From IMG/VR virus record IMGVR_UViG_3300012942_000099, positions 1-32,368 of that record: DNA of 32,368 nucleotides; one strand, written 5' to 3'. Every line of letters starts with the position of its first letter. Within the stretch, counting starts at the first letter, position 1. Of the stretch, positions 23,674-32,368 are shown one piece after another. A program made the position numbers and the translations under genes. This stretch comes from a virus (Duplodnaviria; Caudoviricetes). Below the pieces are notes generated by a model. That model had not been told where the DNA came from and ran no database searches. It saw nothing but the letters and a program-made list of their open reading frames with translations.

Positions 23674-25469
23674 GCCGTCACCACATACACGGTATTCGAG
23701 TCCTTAGTGACAATCGCGGCATACTGCGTCGCTGTACCCGTCCACACTGTGAGTGTGGTCGCTGTACCATTGACCGAGCCCTGCACATACCCAGCTGCCA
23801 GCTTGGACAGTGCGATCGCCGCGGCGCTTGCCACCTTCGCATTCGTCACCGTGCCATCGGTCGGCGTACGAGTATCCGAGAGGCGCGTGTCATTACCCAC
23901 ACATGCCGTAGTCGACGTGGTGCCGAACGAGACCGACAACGTGCGATCAGCAGACAGCACACCGCCGCCTGATAGGCCCGTGCCGGCGCTAACGGCGCGT
24001 GTGTTGGGAACCGCGTTGACGATACGTGAATCATCGCCAGCGGCGACTGTAGACGCTGTTACACCGATGGGCAGACGCGCATACGCCAACGTCCCGGCCG
24101 TGATGTCCGAGGCATTGTGCGTGTGGACTGCATCTGCCTTGCTGTCCAGCGCATCCTGTGTGGCAGTAGAGATCGGCTTGCCAGCGTCGGATGTGTTGTT
24201 CACATTCCCGAGGCCAACATCACCTTTCCCTAGGACCACAATCCCGGTATATCCGTTGACCGACGATACCGACTGGTCGAAGACCAACATCGTCCAGGAA
24301 TTCTCATCAGTGGGATCATCCCCAGAAAGGATATACGTACCGCGACCAGGGTTACCGGTCTGTACGACCAGGTCTCCAGTTTCTGCAGTGACCGCGAGAC
24401 GCGCCGCCGTATCCACAACCACCTGAGTGCTCGTCAACGCCACCGAGGGGAGCTGAGACGATGGAATCTTGCCAGAAACCAGGTCTGCCTTGTTATCCCA
24501 GCCAGCTACGGTCGGGTGATCCCACGTGCCGCCGACTTCGCCATCCACACCACCCGGGATCATAATCCCGCCCTTGATGGTGGCGCTTGCGTTGGGTACG
24601 CCGTCGTTGACGACCGACGCCGCATCCTCTGCACTCTGAGCTGCAGCTGCAGCAGAATCCGCCGCGTCACTGGCAGAACTAGCCGCAGCCGTTGCCGACG
24701 ATGCCGCGTCATTCTTCGCAGATACTGCAGTATCCTTGGCGGACGACGCAGTAGTGGCAGATCCTTCAGCATTCGACTCCGACGTTTCCGCCGACGACTG
24801 GGCTGCCTCTGCGGCTGCCTGTGCAGTACTTGCAGCTGTTGCCGAATCGGCAGCATCAGATGCACTGGTCGCAGCTGCGCTGGCAGACGTCGATGCATCA
24901 CTCGCTGAGCCGCTCGCAGCAGACGCTGAGGTTGATGCTGCGGCGGCAGAACCGCTCGCCGCACTCGCACTACCGGTCGCACTCGACGCCGATCCTGAGG
25001 CGCTTGTAGCACTCGCAGACGCTGCTGAGGCAGACGCTGCTGCATTCGTCGCCGAGGTGTTGGCCGCAGTGATCGCCGGGATTGTGATGTCCTTGTTCGA
25101 GGCATCGGTCTTCGAGAACCTCAGAACGTCATCCCCGACGAGCGAGATATTCGAGATACCTACGCCCGGGTCACCTTGGTCACCCTTGAACGGGGACCCA
25201 TTTCCGTCACTTGGAAACGCAGTCCCGTCCCACACGTACAGCTTGCCGTCGGCGTTGACAACGTATGCCTTGCCATTGTCGCTGGGGCCAAGAGTCGTGG
25301 GCAAATCTGCATAGGTCGCCACCGCGCCGGCAAGATTGACGCCTGCCCCCGGCGGGCCTTGACGACCAGGCGACGTTGCGACTGTTCCACTCTGCCCCTG
25401 TACCGTCACCCGAGTCGATGGAGCAGTAGGTGTGGTGATGACCGTACCACCGTTGACGAGATCACTCAT
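23670..25469 (-). CDS. tail fibre / minor tail protein
   Basis: Short collagen G-X-Y stretches, Ala/Ser coiled-coil repeat, SVNG.TG.V.L...DVGLGNV.NTSD..KP fibre motif. Confidence 0.85.
   Translation of the reverse strand: MSDLVNGGTVITTPTAPSTRVTVQGQSGTVATSPGRQGPPGAGVNLAGAVATYADLPTTLGPSDNGKAYVVNADGKLYVWDGTAFPSDGNGSPFKGDQGDPGVGISNISLVGDDVLRFSKTDASNKDITIPAITAANTSATNAAASASAASASATSASGSASSATGSASAASGSAAAASTSASAASGSASDASTSASAAATSASDAADSATAASTAQAAAEAAQSSAETSESNAEGSATTASSAKDTAVSAKNDAASSATAAASSASDAADSAAAAAQSAEDAASVVNDGVPNASATIKGGIMIPGGVDGEVGGTWDHPTVAGWDNKADLVSGKIPSSQLPSVALTSTQVVVDTAARLAVTAETGDLVVQTGNPGRGTYILSGDDPTDENSWTMLVFDQSVSSVNGYTGIVVLGKGDVGLGNVNNTSDAGKPISTATQDALDSKADAVHTHNASDITAGTLAYARLPIGVTASTVAAGDDSRIVNAVPNTRAVSAGTGLSGGGVLSADRTLSVSFGTTSTTACVGNDTRLSDTRTPTDGTVTNAKVASAAAIALSKLAAGYVQGSVNGTATTLTVWTGTATQYAAIVTKDSNTVYVVTA
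24620..25075 (-). repeat. degenerate 7-aa Ala/Ser/Thr repeat inside the tail fibre
   Basis: SASAAAT / SASDAAD / SASAASG units. Confidence 0.75.
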
Positions 25470-25776
25470 CGCGCACTACCTTCCCGTAGAACCAGAGGAA
25501 GTCATTCTCCTTGACCAGGTAGATCCTGAACTTGCTCCCCGCTGGAATGTTGTCCGCGGTCGTGACGGTCTCTTGCAGCACGAACGAGGCAGTTGCAGTC
25601 TCCTCCGTAACAACTGCCGCAAACGGGCCGACCCCGCTCAGGTCTGGGAATTCCAAGCGACATTCTGTATCCTCCGGCCATGTCACACCCTTCTCCTGCA
25701 GGGACGTGACGAAGTCCGCCCCCTCGGAAAGGATGAGGTTACCCTTGTTCGGCTTGTAGCCCAGCTCGATCGCCAT
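25462..25776 (-). CDS. minor tail protein
   Basis: LGYKP...LILSEGADF beta-rich pattern typical of actinophage tail genes; AGGAG RBS. Confidence 0.7.
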   Translation of the reverse strand: MAIELGYKPNKGNLILSEGADFVTSLQEKGVTWPEDTECRLEFPDLSGVGPFAAVVTEETATASFVLQETVTTADNIPAGSKFRIYLVKENDFLWFYGKVVRDE

Positions 25777-26017
25777 TGTTGTACTCCTGTTCTGCTGCTA
25801 ACCACACTTGAACCTTGGCGACGTAGAGACCGGGAGTCTGTAGCTTCACCTGCAGGTTTTCATGATCCCCGCCCATTTCATCGGCCTGTTCACCGTGGAG
25901 GGCTTTGTGGGCGTTGATTCGCTGTTGATTGCGGTTGTAGCATTCCTCGGTTACATCACCCCCGAGGATGGAGAACGCCCCACACGTCTCGCATTTGAAA
26001 TCCGGAAGGATCATCAC
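25739..26017 (-). CDS. hypothetical protein
   Basis: CETCG and HKALH; fills the operon gap. Confidence 0.6.
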   Translation of the reverse strand: MMILPDFKCETCGAFSILGGDVTEECYNRNQQRINAHKALHGEQADEMGGDHENLQVKLQTPGLYVAKVQVWLAAEQEYNNGDRAGLQAEQG

Positions 26018-26023
26018 TTTCTC

Positions 26024-27217
26024 CTAGAAAACGAAGGTGAGCCAGATCTCACCATCATTGCCGTCTCCTCCGTTACCGTTCGTACCAGAGATGTAGAACA
26101 TGCCTCCGCCACCGCCGCCCCCGCCGGGATAGCCGCCCTTGCCTCCCTTACCGGCAGAACCGAACTGTGCGGCATGGTTTCCACCACCGCCAGATCCACC
26201 CATCCCAGGAATGAGTGTGGAGGTCTCGTCCTCGCCGTCTCCACCAGCTTGACCCTCAGATGTACCTCCCGTGCCGCCGGCAACGGATGACCCGGCAGCG
26301 CCATTCTGTCCCGTGACAGCCTGACCAGTACCACCGCCGCCATATCCCCCGGATGTGCCGTTGAGTGATGCTACACCAGCACCCGAGCCCGGGTCACCAT
26401 TATAGGCTGCGAAGGCAGATGCCCCCGAGGTATTCTGAGGAATAGGCTTACCACCCTTACCCCCAGTAGCTTGTAAGTACGTTGTTGTCCCGGCGACGTT
26501 CGTAATCGCAGACGTTCCACCATCGGTCCCGGCTTTGTTGTCCGAGGTCGCACCAGTACCGTGTGTCCCGATCACACACCTCAGAGTAGCGGGTAGTGAC
26601 GACGCGAGGAGGGGAACATCCTTCTGCCACCCCCCGATACCACCGCCGCCGCCAGCAGCGCCAGCACCACCTACCGACGGCCCCCGTGCACCACCCGCGC
26701 CGGCGCCGAAAACATTGGCGACAACGGTACGACACCCAGTCGGGATATCAACGTTCTGTGTGCTCGTAACAATAACCGTTTGGGGGGGCTGTGACGAAGA
26801 CTGCACCGTTGCGTTGAGAATTGCCACTGCGGAGCTCACGTCTGCGGGCTTGTCCGAAGCAGTTGATCCGGTAACGTTCGCGGTAATACCCGTAGATATT
26901 ACCTGGGTGTTGACGTAAGTCTTATTGATCCCGTCGGCGATGTTGTCGACCAGATCTTCAAGTGAGGTTCCCACAAAGGGAACCATTGACAGCGCATCCG
27001 CCAACATATGAAGCATGGATACGATGACGAGTGCGGGCAGATTCTGAATCATTGTGCCAAATGGCGCGAGCACGTTACCCGCTGCGTCATTCCACTGTGC
27101 AGTCTGATCAGCCTGCCAATCGTCTTGGGTTTTATCGGCGAAGTCCCCCCAACTCAGCCCGTAACCGCCGGGAACTGAGTCGGAGGGGGTCGCGCCGTTA
27201 GGCGTTGTCATAGCCAC
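26024..27217 (-). CDS. glycine-rich minor tail protein
   Basis: GAGAGG / GGGGGGG-rich C-terminal domain ending GNDGEIWL. Confidence 0.85.
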   Translation of the reverse strand: MAMTTPNGATPSDSVPGGYGLSWGDFADKTQDDWQADQTAQWNDAAGNVLAPFGTMIQNLPALVIVSMLHMLADALSMVPFVGTSLEDLVDNIADGINKTYVNTQVISTGITANVTGSTASDKPADVSSAVAILNATVQSSSQPPQTVIVTSTQNVDIPTGCRTVVANVFGAGAGGARGPSVGGAGAAGGGGGIGGWQKDVPLLASSLPATLRCVIGTHGTGATSDNKAGTDGGTSAITNVAGTTTYLQATGGKGGKPIPQNTSGASAFAAYNGDPGSGAGVASLNGTSGGYGGGGTGQAVTGQNGAAGSSVAGGTGGTSEGQAGGDGEDETSTLIPGMGGSGGGGNHAAQFGSAGKGGKGGYPGGGGGGGGMFYISGTNGNGGDGNDGEIWLTFVF

Positions 27218-27513
27218 AACTCCGGTGGGTCATCAATTTGGAGGCCGGCGTCTCGTACGATCTTCACCACACGCTTGTCCCACTCCCGATGGGCTTGAAG
27301 GGCGGCGCGTAGTTCCGCGATCTGAGTTGCCATAGCCTGATTCTGTGCCAGTGCTGTCTGACTTACAATCTGCGCAGCCTCTGCCTTAGTTTTAACTGCG
27401 TTCGCATCCACATTCTTGCGTTGTGAAAACGCGGTGATTGTTGCCCCGACCGCCGCACTCCCCGCTAACAGCACCAATGCAGAGAACAGGGGAGACAACA
27501 GAAAGGCGTTCAT
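27208..27513 (-). CDS. membrane protein (TM + coiled coil), lysis-cassette associated
   Basis: Start MNAFLLSPLF at an ATGA overlap; N-terminal hydrophobic helix. Confidence 0.75.
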   Translation of the reverse strand: MNAFLLSPLFSALVLLAGSAAVGATITAFSQRKNVDANAVKTKAEAAQIVSQTALAQNQAMATQIAELRAALQAHREWDKRVVKIVRDAGLQIDDPPELWL

Positions 27514-27968
27514 TCTCGTTGCCTCCAACTGAGTTTGCCCAGGAGTTTCACCTTCTGCATCACTTGGTGCCGTTTCCAGAACAGCCCTAGCCCGAGCGCT
27601 ATGTACAGCGGTCCGCCGGCCATTGACGAGAGAGTGAACACGTGACGCTCGATCTGTAGTTCTAAAACCTGAGCGCCGAATGCGATGAGTGCTCCGCCCA
27701 TGGCAGCCAGCCCAATCTGCTCCAACAGATAACCCCATGTCCTTGGTGAGAAGTGCCCGACAAGAATGAGCACCACACCGATGATCAGGAGTACCAGCCA
27801 GATCGTCAAGAGGCAAGGCTCCACTGAAGACTGAGTACTGGAAGCAGATGGGGACCCATCAATCAGATTGACAAGTGCGGCGGTGCCGAACACTAATGCC
27901 AACACGATCTCGAGTGGGTCCCACTGCTCCCCCTGTTTCAAGCGAAACACCTTAATGATCCAGGACAT
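27510..27968 (-). CDS. four-TM membrane protein, lysis-cassette associated
   Basis: Four hydrophobic segments; follows the holin. Confidence 0.75.
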   Translation of the reverse strand: MSWIIKVFRLKQGEQWDPLEIVLALVFGTAALVNLIDGSPSASSTQSSVEPCLLTIWLVLLIIGVVLILVGHFSPRTWGYLLEQIGLAAMGGALIAFGAQVLELQIERHVFTLSSMAGGPLYIALGLGLFWKRHQVMQKVKLLGKLSWRQRE

Positions 27969-28182
27969 TACCGGCAATATCCCCAGCCTCGTCGATGAGA
28001 TTCTGGTTCTTGACCAGGAACACAGACGCGGCAGTCAGGACGGCCAATACACCAGTCGACCAGGTGCCGTGTACAACCCCGGCCCCCTCGTTGACGATGA
28101 TGACCACACCACCGAGGGCGGCGATCAATGCCTTGTTGTATGCGCCCAGATTCTTCAGGGCCGCGGCGATCTTAGCCTTCAT
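27952..28182 (-). CDS. holin
   Basis: 76 aa, two TM segments, KALIAA...V..VKN pattern, directly after the lysins. Confidence 0.75.
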   Translation of the reverse strand: MKAKIAAALKNLGAYNKALIAALGGVVIIVNEGAGVVHGTWSTGVLAVLTAASVFLVKNQNLIDEAGDIAGNVLDH

Positions 28183-28984
28183 TTCCCTCTACCTTCCCGA
28201 AGCCCTCGATGCCGAGCTTCTGACCGATGACGGCGAGTGCGTCAACGACTGTCCGGCCGCCCAGCTGAGGCCAACCGGTGAACGCGGCGGTACCGTCCTG
28301 ATTGCGTCCGTCGCCGGCGAGCTGATCCAAGATCTGCTTCACACGCATATCGACCCAGTACATGAAGGTGGCCTCATCGACCACGTTGCCCTCGAAGTTC
28401 TTGAAGGTGGTTGCCATGTCATCTCCTGGCAGTAAGGCGTTCCCGAATCGGAGCGCGACATTCCATCGTTGCGTACGGTCAGCAAGACCGTTGAGCCCGC
28501 CGTTCACAGCGCGCGTTGCCCCGTTGATATCCATCGCATCAGCGAACGAATTCATATTGCGGGCAACCGTCCAATACCAGATGGCCCCGAGGAAACCATA
28601 GGTATCGGAAGACAATTCCTCGGGGTGATCTACGAAGTACGTCGGCGAGATCACATAGCCGAGCGACGCAGCCCACTCCGAGAGGTTGGTGTAGTTCGCA
28701 CGTCCAGTCACCTGGATTGGCCCGCGTCCCTTGAAGCGAACGCCATCACCCGGCTGTGTGTTGCCGAGATCGGCGCGCCCCTCGTACTCGGCGCCGGATG
28801 CGAGTTCCTCCATCCACTGCAGGCCGCCCGATTCGGTACCCACTTGTGCAATGAACATTGCACAACGCGCGACGGTGTTACACTGCGAGCGCCTGAGCGC
28901 GTCCTCAAACGCCGGACGGAGCGCCGCGTAGCGTGCGAGCGGGAGCGTATTCAGCATCGCATTAGCGAGCGTCTGAGCATCCAT
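28172..28984 (-). CDS. endolysin, GH19 glycoside hydrolase
   Basis: AMFIAQVGTES, YEGRADLGN...GDG.RFKGRGPIQVTGR.NY, VNGG.NGL.DR; start MDAQ by TAATG overlap. Confidence 0.93.
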   Translation of the reverse strand: MDAQTLANAMLNTLPLARYAALRPAFEDALRRSQCNTVARCAMFIAQVGTESGGLQWMEELASGAEYEGRADLGNTQPGDGVRFKGRGPIQVTGRANYTNLSEWAASLGYVISPTYFVDHPEELSSDTYGFLGAIWYWTVARNMNSFADAMDINGATRAVNGGLNGLADRTQRWNVALRFGNALLPGDDMATTFKNFEGNVVDEATFMYWVDMRVKQILDQLAGDGRNQDGTAAFTGWPQLGGRTVVDALAVIGQKLGIEGFGKVEGNEG

Positions 28985-29748
28985 TACTCGGCCCCCAACT
29001 TCTTCATGATGAGGGCGACTGCGTCCACGATCGTGTGGTTCGCCAGCTGAGGCCACCCGCGGAAATCATCGCCGCCCGACACCTGATCCTGCGTGAGCTT
29101 CACGCGCAGATCAACCCAGTACGCCCAGGTCGCCCAGTCGACGGTGACGCCTTCCATGTTGGTCACCTGTGCGGGCGGGTCATTCTGCGTCACCGCCGCT
29201 GGCGCAGCCGGGGCATTGTCCTGCCAGCAGTATCCCTTGGGAGCGATCAGTCCCGCGAGCTGCTGCAACGATACCCAGTACCCGAATGGCCGGAACCCCG
29301 GATCAGCGACCCACACAGCCTCGGCGCCTGGAGTATCATCGTAACCCATGAGCGCGATGTAGTGATACACCGTGCCGCCCGAGTACGACGGCGATACCGA
29401 GCCCTTGACACCCTTCGGATAATTGCTGGGAGGCGCAACGATGTTCGCTACCAGCCCGTAGCCCGCATCAATCGACTTTCGGACACGAGACCAGAACAGA
29501 TTCACCTGATCAGCCGTCGGCGGGTCGTTGCGGATGTAATCCACCTTGTACCCGTCACCGATCGCACGCAGAATCCACGAGATGTCATCGGTCCCGTTGA
29601 TGGTGGTTCCGATTTGTCCGATCAGGTCGGTTTCTGACTCGACGATTCCTCGTCCTGACAGCACCACCTGAGTAGACGCCGGGCCACAATCCCAGTACCT
29701 CTCCTGAGGTACGACCGAGTGGTCGTAGTTGAGAACATGCTCAGTCAT
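28984..29748 (-). CDS. endolysin, C39-like cysteine peptidase
   Basis: QERYWDCGPAS, HYIALMGY and VADPG catalytic pattern. Confidence 0.9.
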   Translation of the reverse strand: MTEHVLNYDHSVVPQERYWDCGPASTQVVLSGRGIVESETDLIGQIGTTINGTDDISWILRAIGDGYKVDYIRNDPPTADQVNLFWSRVRKSIDAGYGLVANIVAPPSNYPKGVKGSVSPSYSGGTVYHYIALMGYDDTPGAEAVWVADPGFRPFGYWVSLQQLAGLIAPKGYCWQDNAPAAPAAVTQNDPPAQVTNMEGVTVDWATWAYWVDLRVKLTQDQVSGGDDFRGWPQLANHTIVDAVALIMKKLGAE

Positions 29749-30139
29749 CGTTCCTCTCTCCCATTACTTGATCGAGGGCAGCGAAGAATCCGCCTTCATC
29801 AGCTTTCTTCATGGCCTCGAGGACGGTGACCATGTTCGGTCCCTCAGTCTTCGCCTCCTCGGGTGATTTCACCCAGCGGCCGGGGTTTGTCAGCCAGTGC
29901 GGATCACCCGCGGACGGCGCGCGCCACCATTGCTTCTGATGGTGCGGTTTGTTCGCCTTGTTGTGTGGAACACGCGCACCACACTTCCAGAGGTGCTTCG
30001 ACACCAGCTGCATGTATTCGGACGACATGGGCAACGCCCCCCCGTTCATACGAGGGAGCGCTACCATCATCCAGACGAAAGCCTCTTCAGGCGTGTCCAG
30101 GTCGCACCGATCCTGCAGAGGAAATTCACCGGGTTTCAT
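29741..30139 (-). CDS. minor tail-associated protein (DUF2744-like)
   Basis: PLQ..CD...PEEAF.W..VALP...S.HLW.CG...PGRWV pattern; position after the large minor tail gene. Confidence 0.75.
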   Translation of the reverse strand: MKPGEFPLQDRCDLDTPEEAFVWMMVALPRMNGGALPMSSEYMQLVSKHLWKCGARVPHNKANKPHHQKQWWRAPSAGDPHWLTNPGRWVKSPEEAKTEGPNMVTVLEAMKKADEGGFFAALDQVMGERNDD

Positions 30140-30147
30140 TTCTCCTC

Positions 30148-30351
30148 CTACAAATGCGGCAAGATATTGCGGACTGCTGCGACAACCTGGCCAGGGATAG
30201 TGTCGACCTCGCCGCGGATTCCCTGGATGATTGCATCCGGGTTCACCGCCTGCTGCATATCGGCAATTCCCTTGTTCACCGCATCCTCTACCGCCTTGAC
30301 GATGAGAGGCGCGAGCGCATCAGCCAGTAGCTGCGCAAACTTCTCGAGCAT
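30148..30351 (-). CDS. hypothetical protein
   Basis: 67 aa, TGATG coupling. Confidence 0.7.
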   Translation of the reverse strand: MLEKFAQLLADALAPLIVKAVEDAVNKGIADMQQAVNPDAIIQGIRGEVDTIPGQVVAAVRNILPHL

Positions 30352-32033
30352 CAGTAAACTCCCAACTGCTGAAGGCCATCAAGCATGCCCTCGATCTGAT
30401 CCCATGCCGCGGCGGCCGGATCTTTGTCTGCGTCATCCGACCCGATGACGATCTTGAACTTCGGACGTTGTCCTCGCTCCTGATGAAGCGCGAGATTCCG
30501 GACCCGATCCATGTAGATCGTTTTGCGTGGGTCGCCGGGGATAACCCCGCCCACACGATGACCAAGCCAGAAGTGCCCGTGTCCCTGATCGCCGATCATG
30601 AATGGGCCACCATCGGCGACTTCCATCTGATTCGAGCGACGAGTTCTGGTCGTCCAGATTCCCGTACGCATGATCATCAGCGACGAGATCGTGTACGCCT
30701 TGTCCGCGCCCTGCTGGAAGTACTCGAAGTACCGGGACGAGCCCTGTTTCATACTTCGCGCATACAGCTTGACCGACATCCATGCCAGCACCGTATCTTC
30801 ATAGAACGGCTTCAGCACAGTATCGACCGAACCGCCGATCGAACCGATCTGCAGAGCATTCCCGATTACGTCGAAGAGCGCCTGGATGCCCGCCGATATC
30901 AACTCGTTCACACCGGGCATCGAGTGCCCGCCACAGTTGATTACAACGCCCTTAGCGGGCTCCCAGGTGTGGGACATCATCTGTACGCCCGGCATGTCCG
31001 GGGTGTACACGACGAACGGGCGCTCCTTCTGCTGCAACCGGTTGCCGCTCAGGAAGTAGTCAGCCGGTACCTCTTCATCGGTGATCGCCTCGTAGTCGGT
31101 ATCGAGGAAGTCCTCGGTGAAATCACCGATCGTACGGAGCAGACCATCGAACAGCGTACCGCCGTGCGACGTGCCGACATACGTACCGGAGAAGTCCTTG
31201 ATATCGACCAGCAACGCGCCATGCTTCGGGGTGAACCCGAGTCCTTCAGGCACATCGTCACCGGAGAAATACCGGCGTAAGTACCAGGAGTACTCGGCAT
31301 CCTCCATGATCGGGTGCGTCGCATCGTGGAAGTTGCGCCACCTCGAGATCACCACACTCCAGATGGACCCTGCGGCGAGATCGTCAACCAGTGTCGTTGG
31401 TATGACCACCGTATCCCACGTGGACATGTCGAGATTGACCATGCCCGCGAAGTTCATCGGGTCATCAGCCAAGCTCCACGACAGCAGAGGAACATTGTCC
31501 CTCAGTGTCTGCAACCAGAGTGTGGTCTTCAACACCCAGATAGCAGGCCCAGGCAGGATGAATACGCGCGGGAACTGGAACAACGCCGGCAAGAACGGAT
31601 TCGACCAGATGTCGTACCACTTCAGGTTCTCGTACTCGTCGAGGAACGTGAGAGTGCATTTGGTCAACCCGTCCTCGTCGGACTGGATCTTCATCTTCTC
31701 GAGTCGACCCGATATGCGTGCACCGACGTAGTCACAGGCGACATGGACGTTCTGCCCTTCGCCTCGACTGATTCGACCCTGTTCGTCCATCACCCAGTCG
31801 ACCAACGGGTCATCGAACGGCACGACAATCTCGTGTGTTCCCGTGTCGTTGTCGAGCGGGTTGAAGTCGACCGAGTAGAAATCAGTGACCATATGCTGCA
31901 GGGCCCAGTTCCCGTCGCAGAGACGGATGATCAATTCCTGCTTGCGCTCGGTCTGTTCTTCCCGTTCCTGCGCAAGGGTCGCCTGCCAGATCTGTTCGCA
32001 ACGCTCCTCGAGCGTTCCTGTGACAGTAGCCAT
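30351..32033 (-). CDS. minor tail protein (baseplate hub-type, mycobacteriophage-like)
   Basis: WSNPFLPA.FQFPR.F.L.GP, GGHSMPGVNE.I and GHFWLG.RVG motifs; start 32033 or 32039. Confidence 0.88.
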   Translation of the reverse strand: MATVTGTLEERCEQIWQATLAQEREEQTERKQELIIRLCDGNWALQHMVTDFYSVDFNPLDNDTGTHEIVVPFDDPLVDWVMDEQGRISRGEGQNVHVACDYVGARISGRLEKMKIQSDEDGLTKCTLTFLDEYENLKWYDIWSNPFLPALFQFPRVFILPGPAIWVLKTTLWLQTLRDNVPLLSWSLADDPMNFAGMVNLDMSTWDTVVIPTTLVDDLAAGSIWSVVISRWRNFHDATHPIMEDAEYSWYLRRYFSGDDVPEGLGFTPKHGALLVDIKDFSGTYVGTSHGGTLFDGLLRTIGDFTEDFLDTDYEAITDEEVPADYFLSGNRLQQKERPFVVYTPDMPGVQMMSHTWEPAKGVVINCGGHSMPGVNELISAGIQALFDVIGNALQIGSIGGSVDTVLKPFYEDTVLAWMSVKLYARSMKQGSSRYFEYFQQGADKAYTISSLMIMRTGIWTTRTRRSNQMEVADGGPFMIGDQGHGHFWLGHRVGGVIPGDPRKTIYMDRVRNLALHQERGQRPKFKIVIGSDDADKDPAAAAWDQIEGMLDGLQQLGVY

Positions 32034-32368
32034 TACCACATCTCCAGGCCGTATGGGCGCGACCAGAGCTGAGGCGCACGGAATTCAATGCGCCCCGCCT
32101 CGGATGCGCTTTCGATCTGAATCGGCAGTGTGGTCTTGCGCGTATACGGCGGAATCCGGTACATGAAGTACGACCCGGGAACTGGCATCTGGCCCAAGAC
32201 GTTCGTGTTATTGAAGTCCCGAACCATCAGCTTCCCACGATCGAGCGTCACGCGGAACCCACCGCCATGCGCCTCGGCAATTGTCGGCAGTTGCACCATG
32301 CGCGATGCATTGGGCCCGGCGATCAAACGATTACCTTTCGGCCCAACCCACGACACATCCGGCAGGTA
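32033..32368 (-). CDS. minor tail protein (distal-tail type), 5' truncated
   Basis: Ends IPPYT...WSRPYGLE; frame open to the window edge. Confidence 0.8.
   Translation of the reverse strand, partial: YLPDVSWVGPKGNRLIAGPNASRMVQLPTIAEAHGGGFRVTLDRGKLMVRDFNNTNVLGQMPVPGSYFMYRIPPYTRKTTLPIQIESASEAGRIEFRAPQLWSRPYGLEMW

Noticed and set aside
24620-25075. Repeats as a CRISPR or other DNA-level array
   Set aside because: Degenerate at the DNA level and in frame as Ala/Ser heptads of a tail fibre.

Overview
About 32 kb of a tailed dsDNA actinobacteriophage (siphovirus-type), shown in reverse relative to the usual map. The host is probably a mycolic-acid-containing genus such as Gordonia, Nocardia or Rhodococcus (inference). 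Left to right: a truncated packaging-type HNH endonuclease missed by the ORF track; a strand-skewed non-coding segment; small minus-strand genes; a repeat-rich AT-rich putative origin; and a primase-helicase. A long plus-strand operon follows, with SNF2 helicase, EndoVII, dNMP kinase, dimeric dUTPase/dCTPase, two thymidylate-synthase-fold genes, dCMP deaminase, family A polymerase with a UDG-like N-domain, Cas4-like exonuclease, Sak4-like ATPase, SSB and VRR-Nuc. Next come a divergent HTH pair, a secreted cutinase, an accessory island, and minus-strand tail and lysis genes. The three most notable signals: (1) a probable cytosine-substitution pathway built on two TS-fold paralogs, both with the dCMP-specifying Asp; (2) six leaderless genes driven by a shared atypical promoter; (3) three unrelated proteins in that island ending in the same ~20-aa His/Cys motif. 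No integrase, tRNA or CRISPR array was seen. All assignments are by eye from motifs; no database searches were run.
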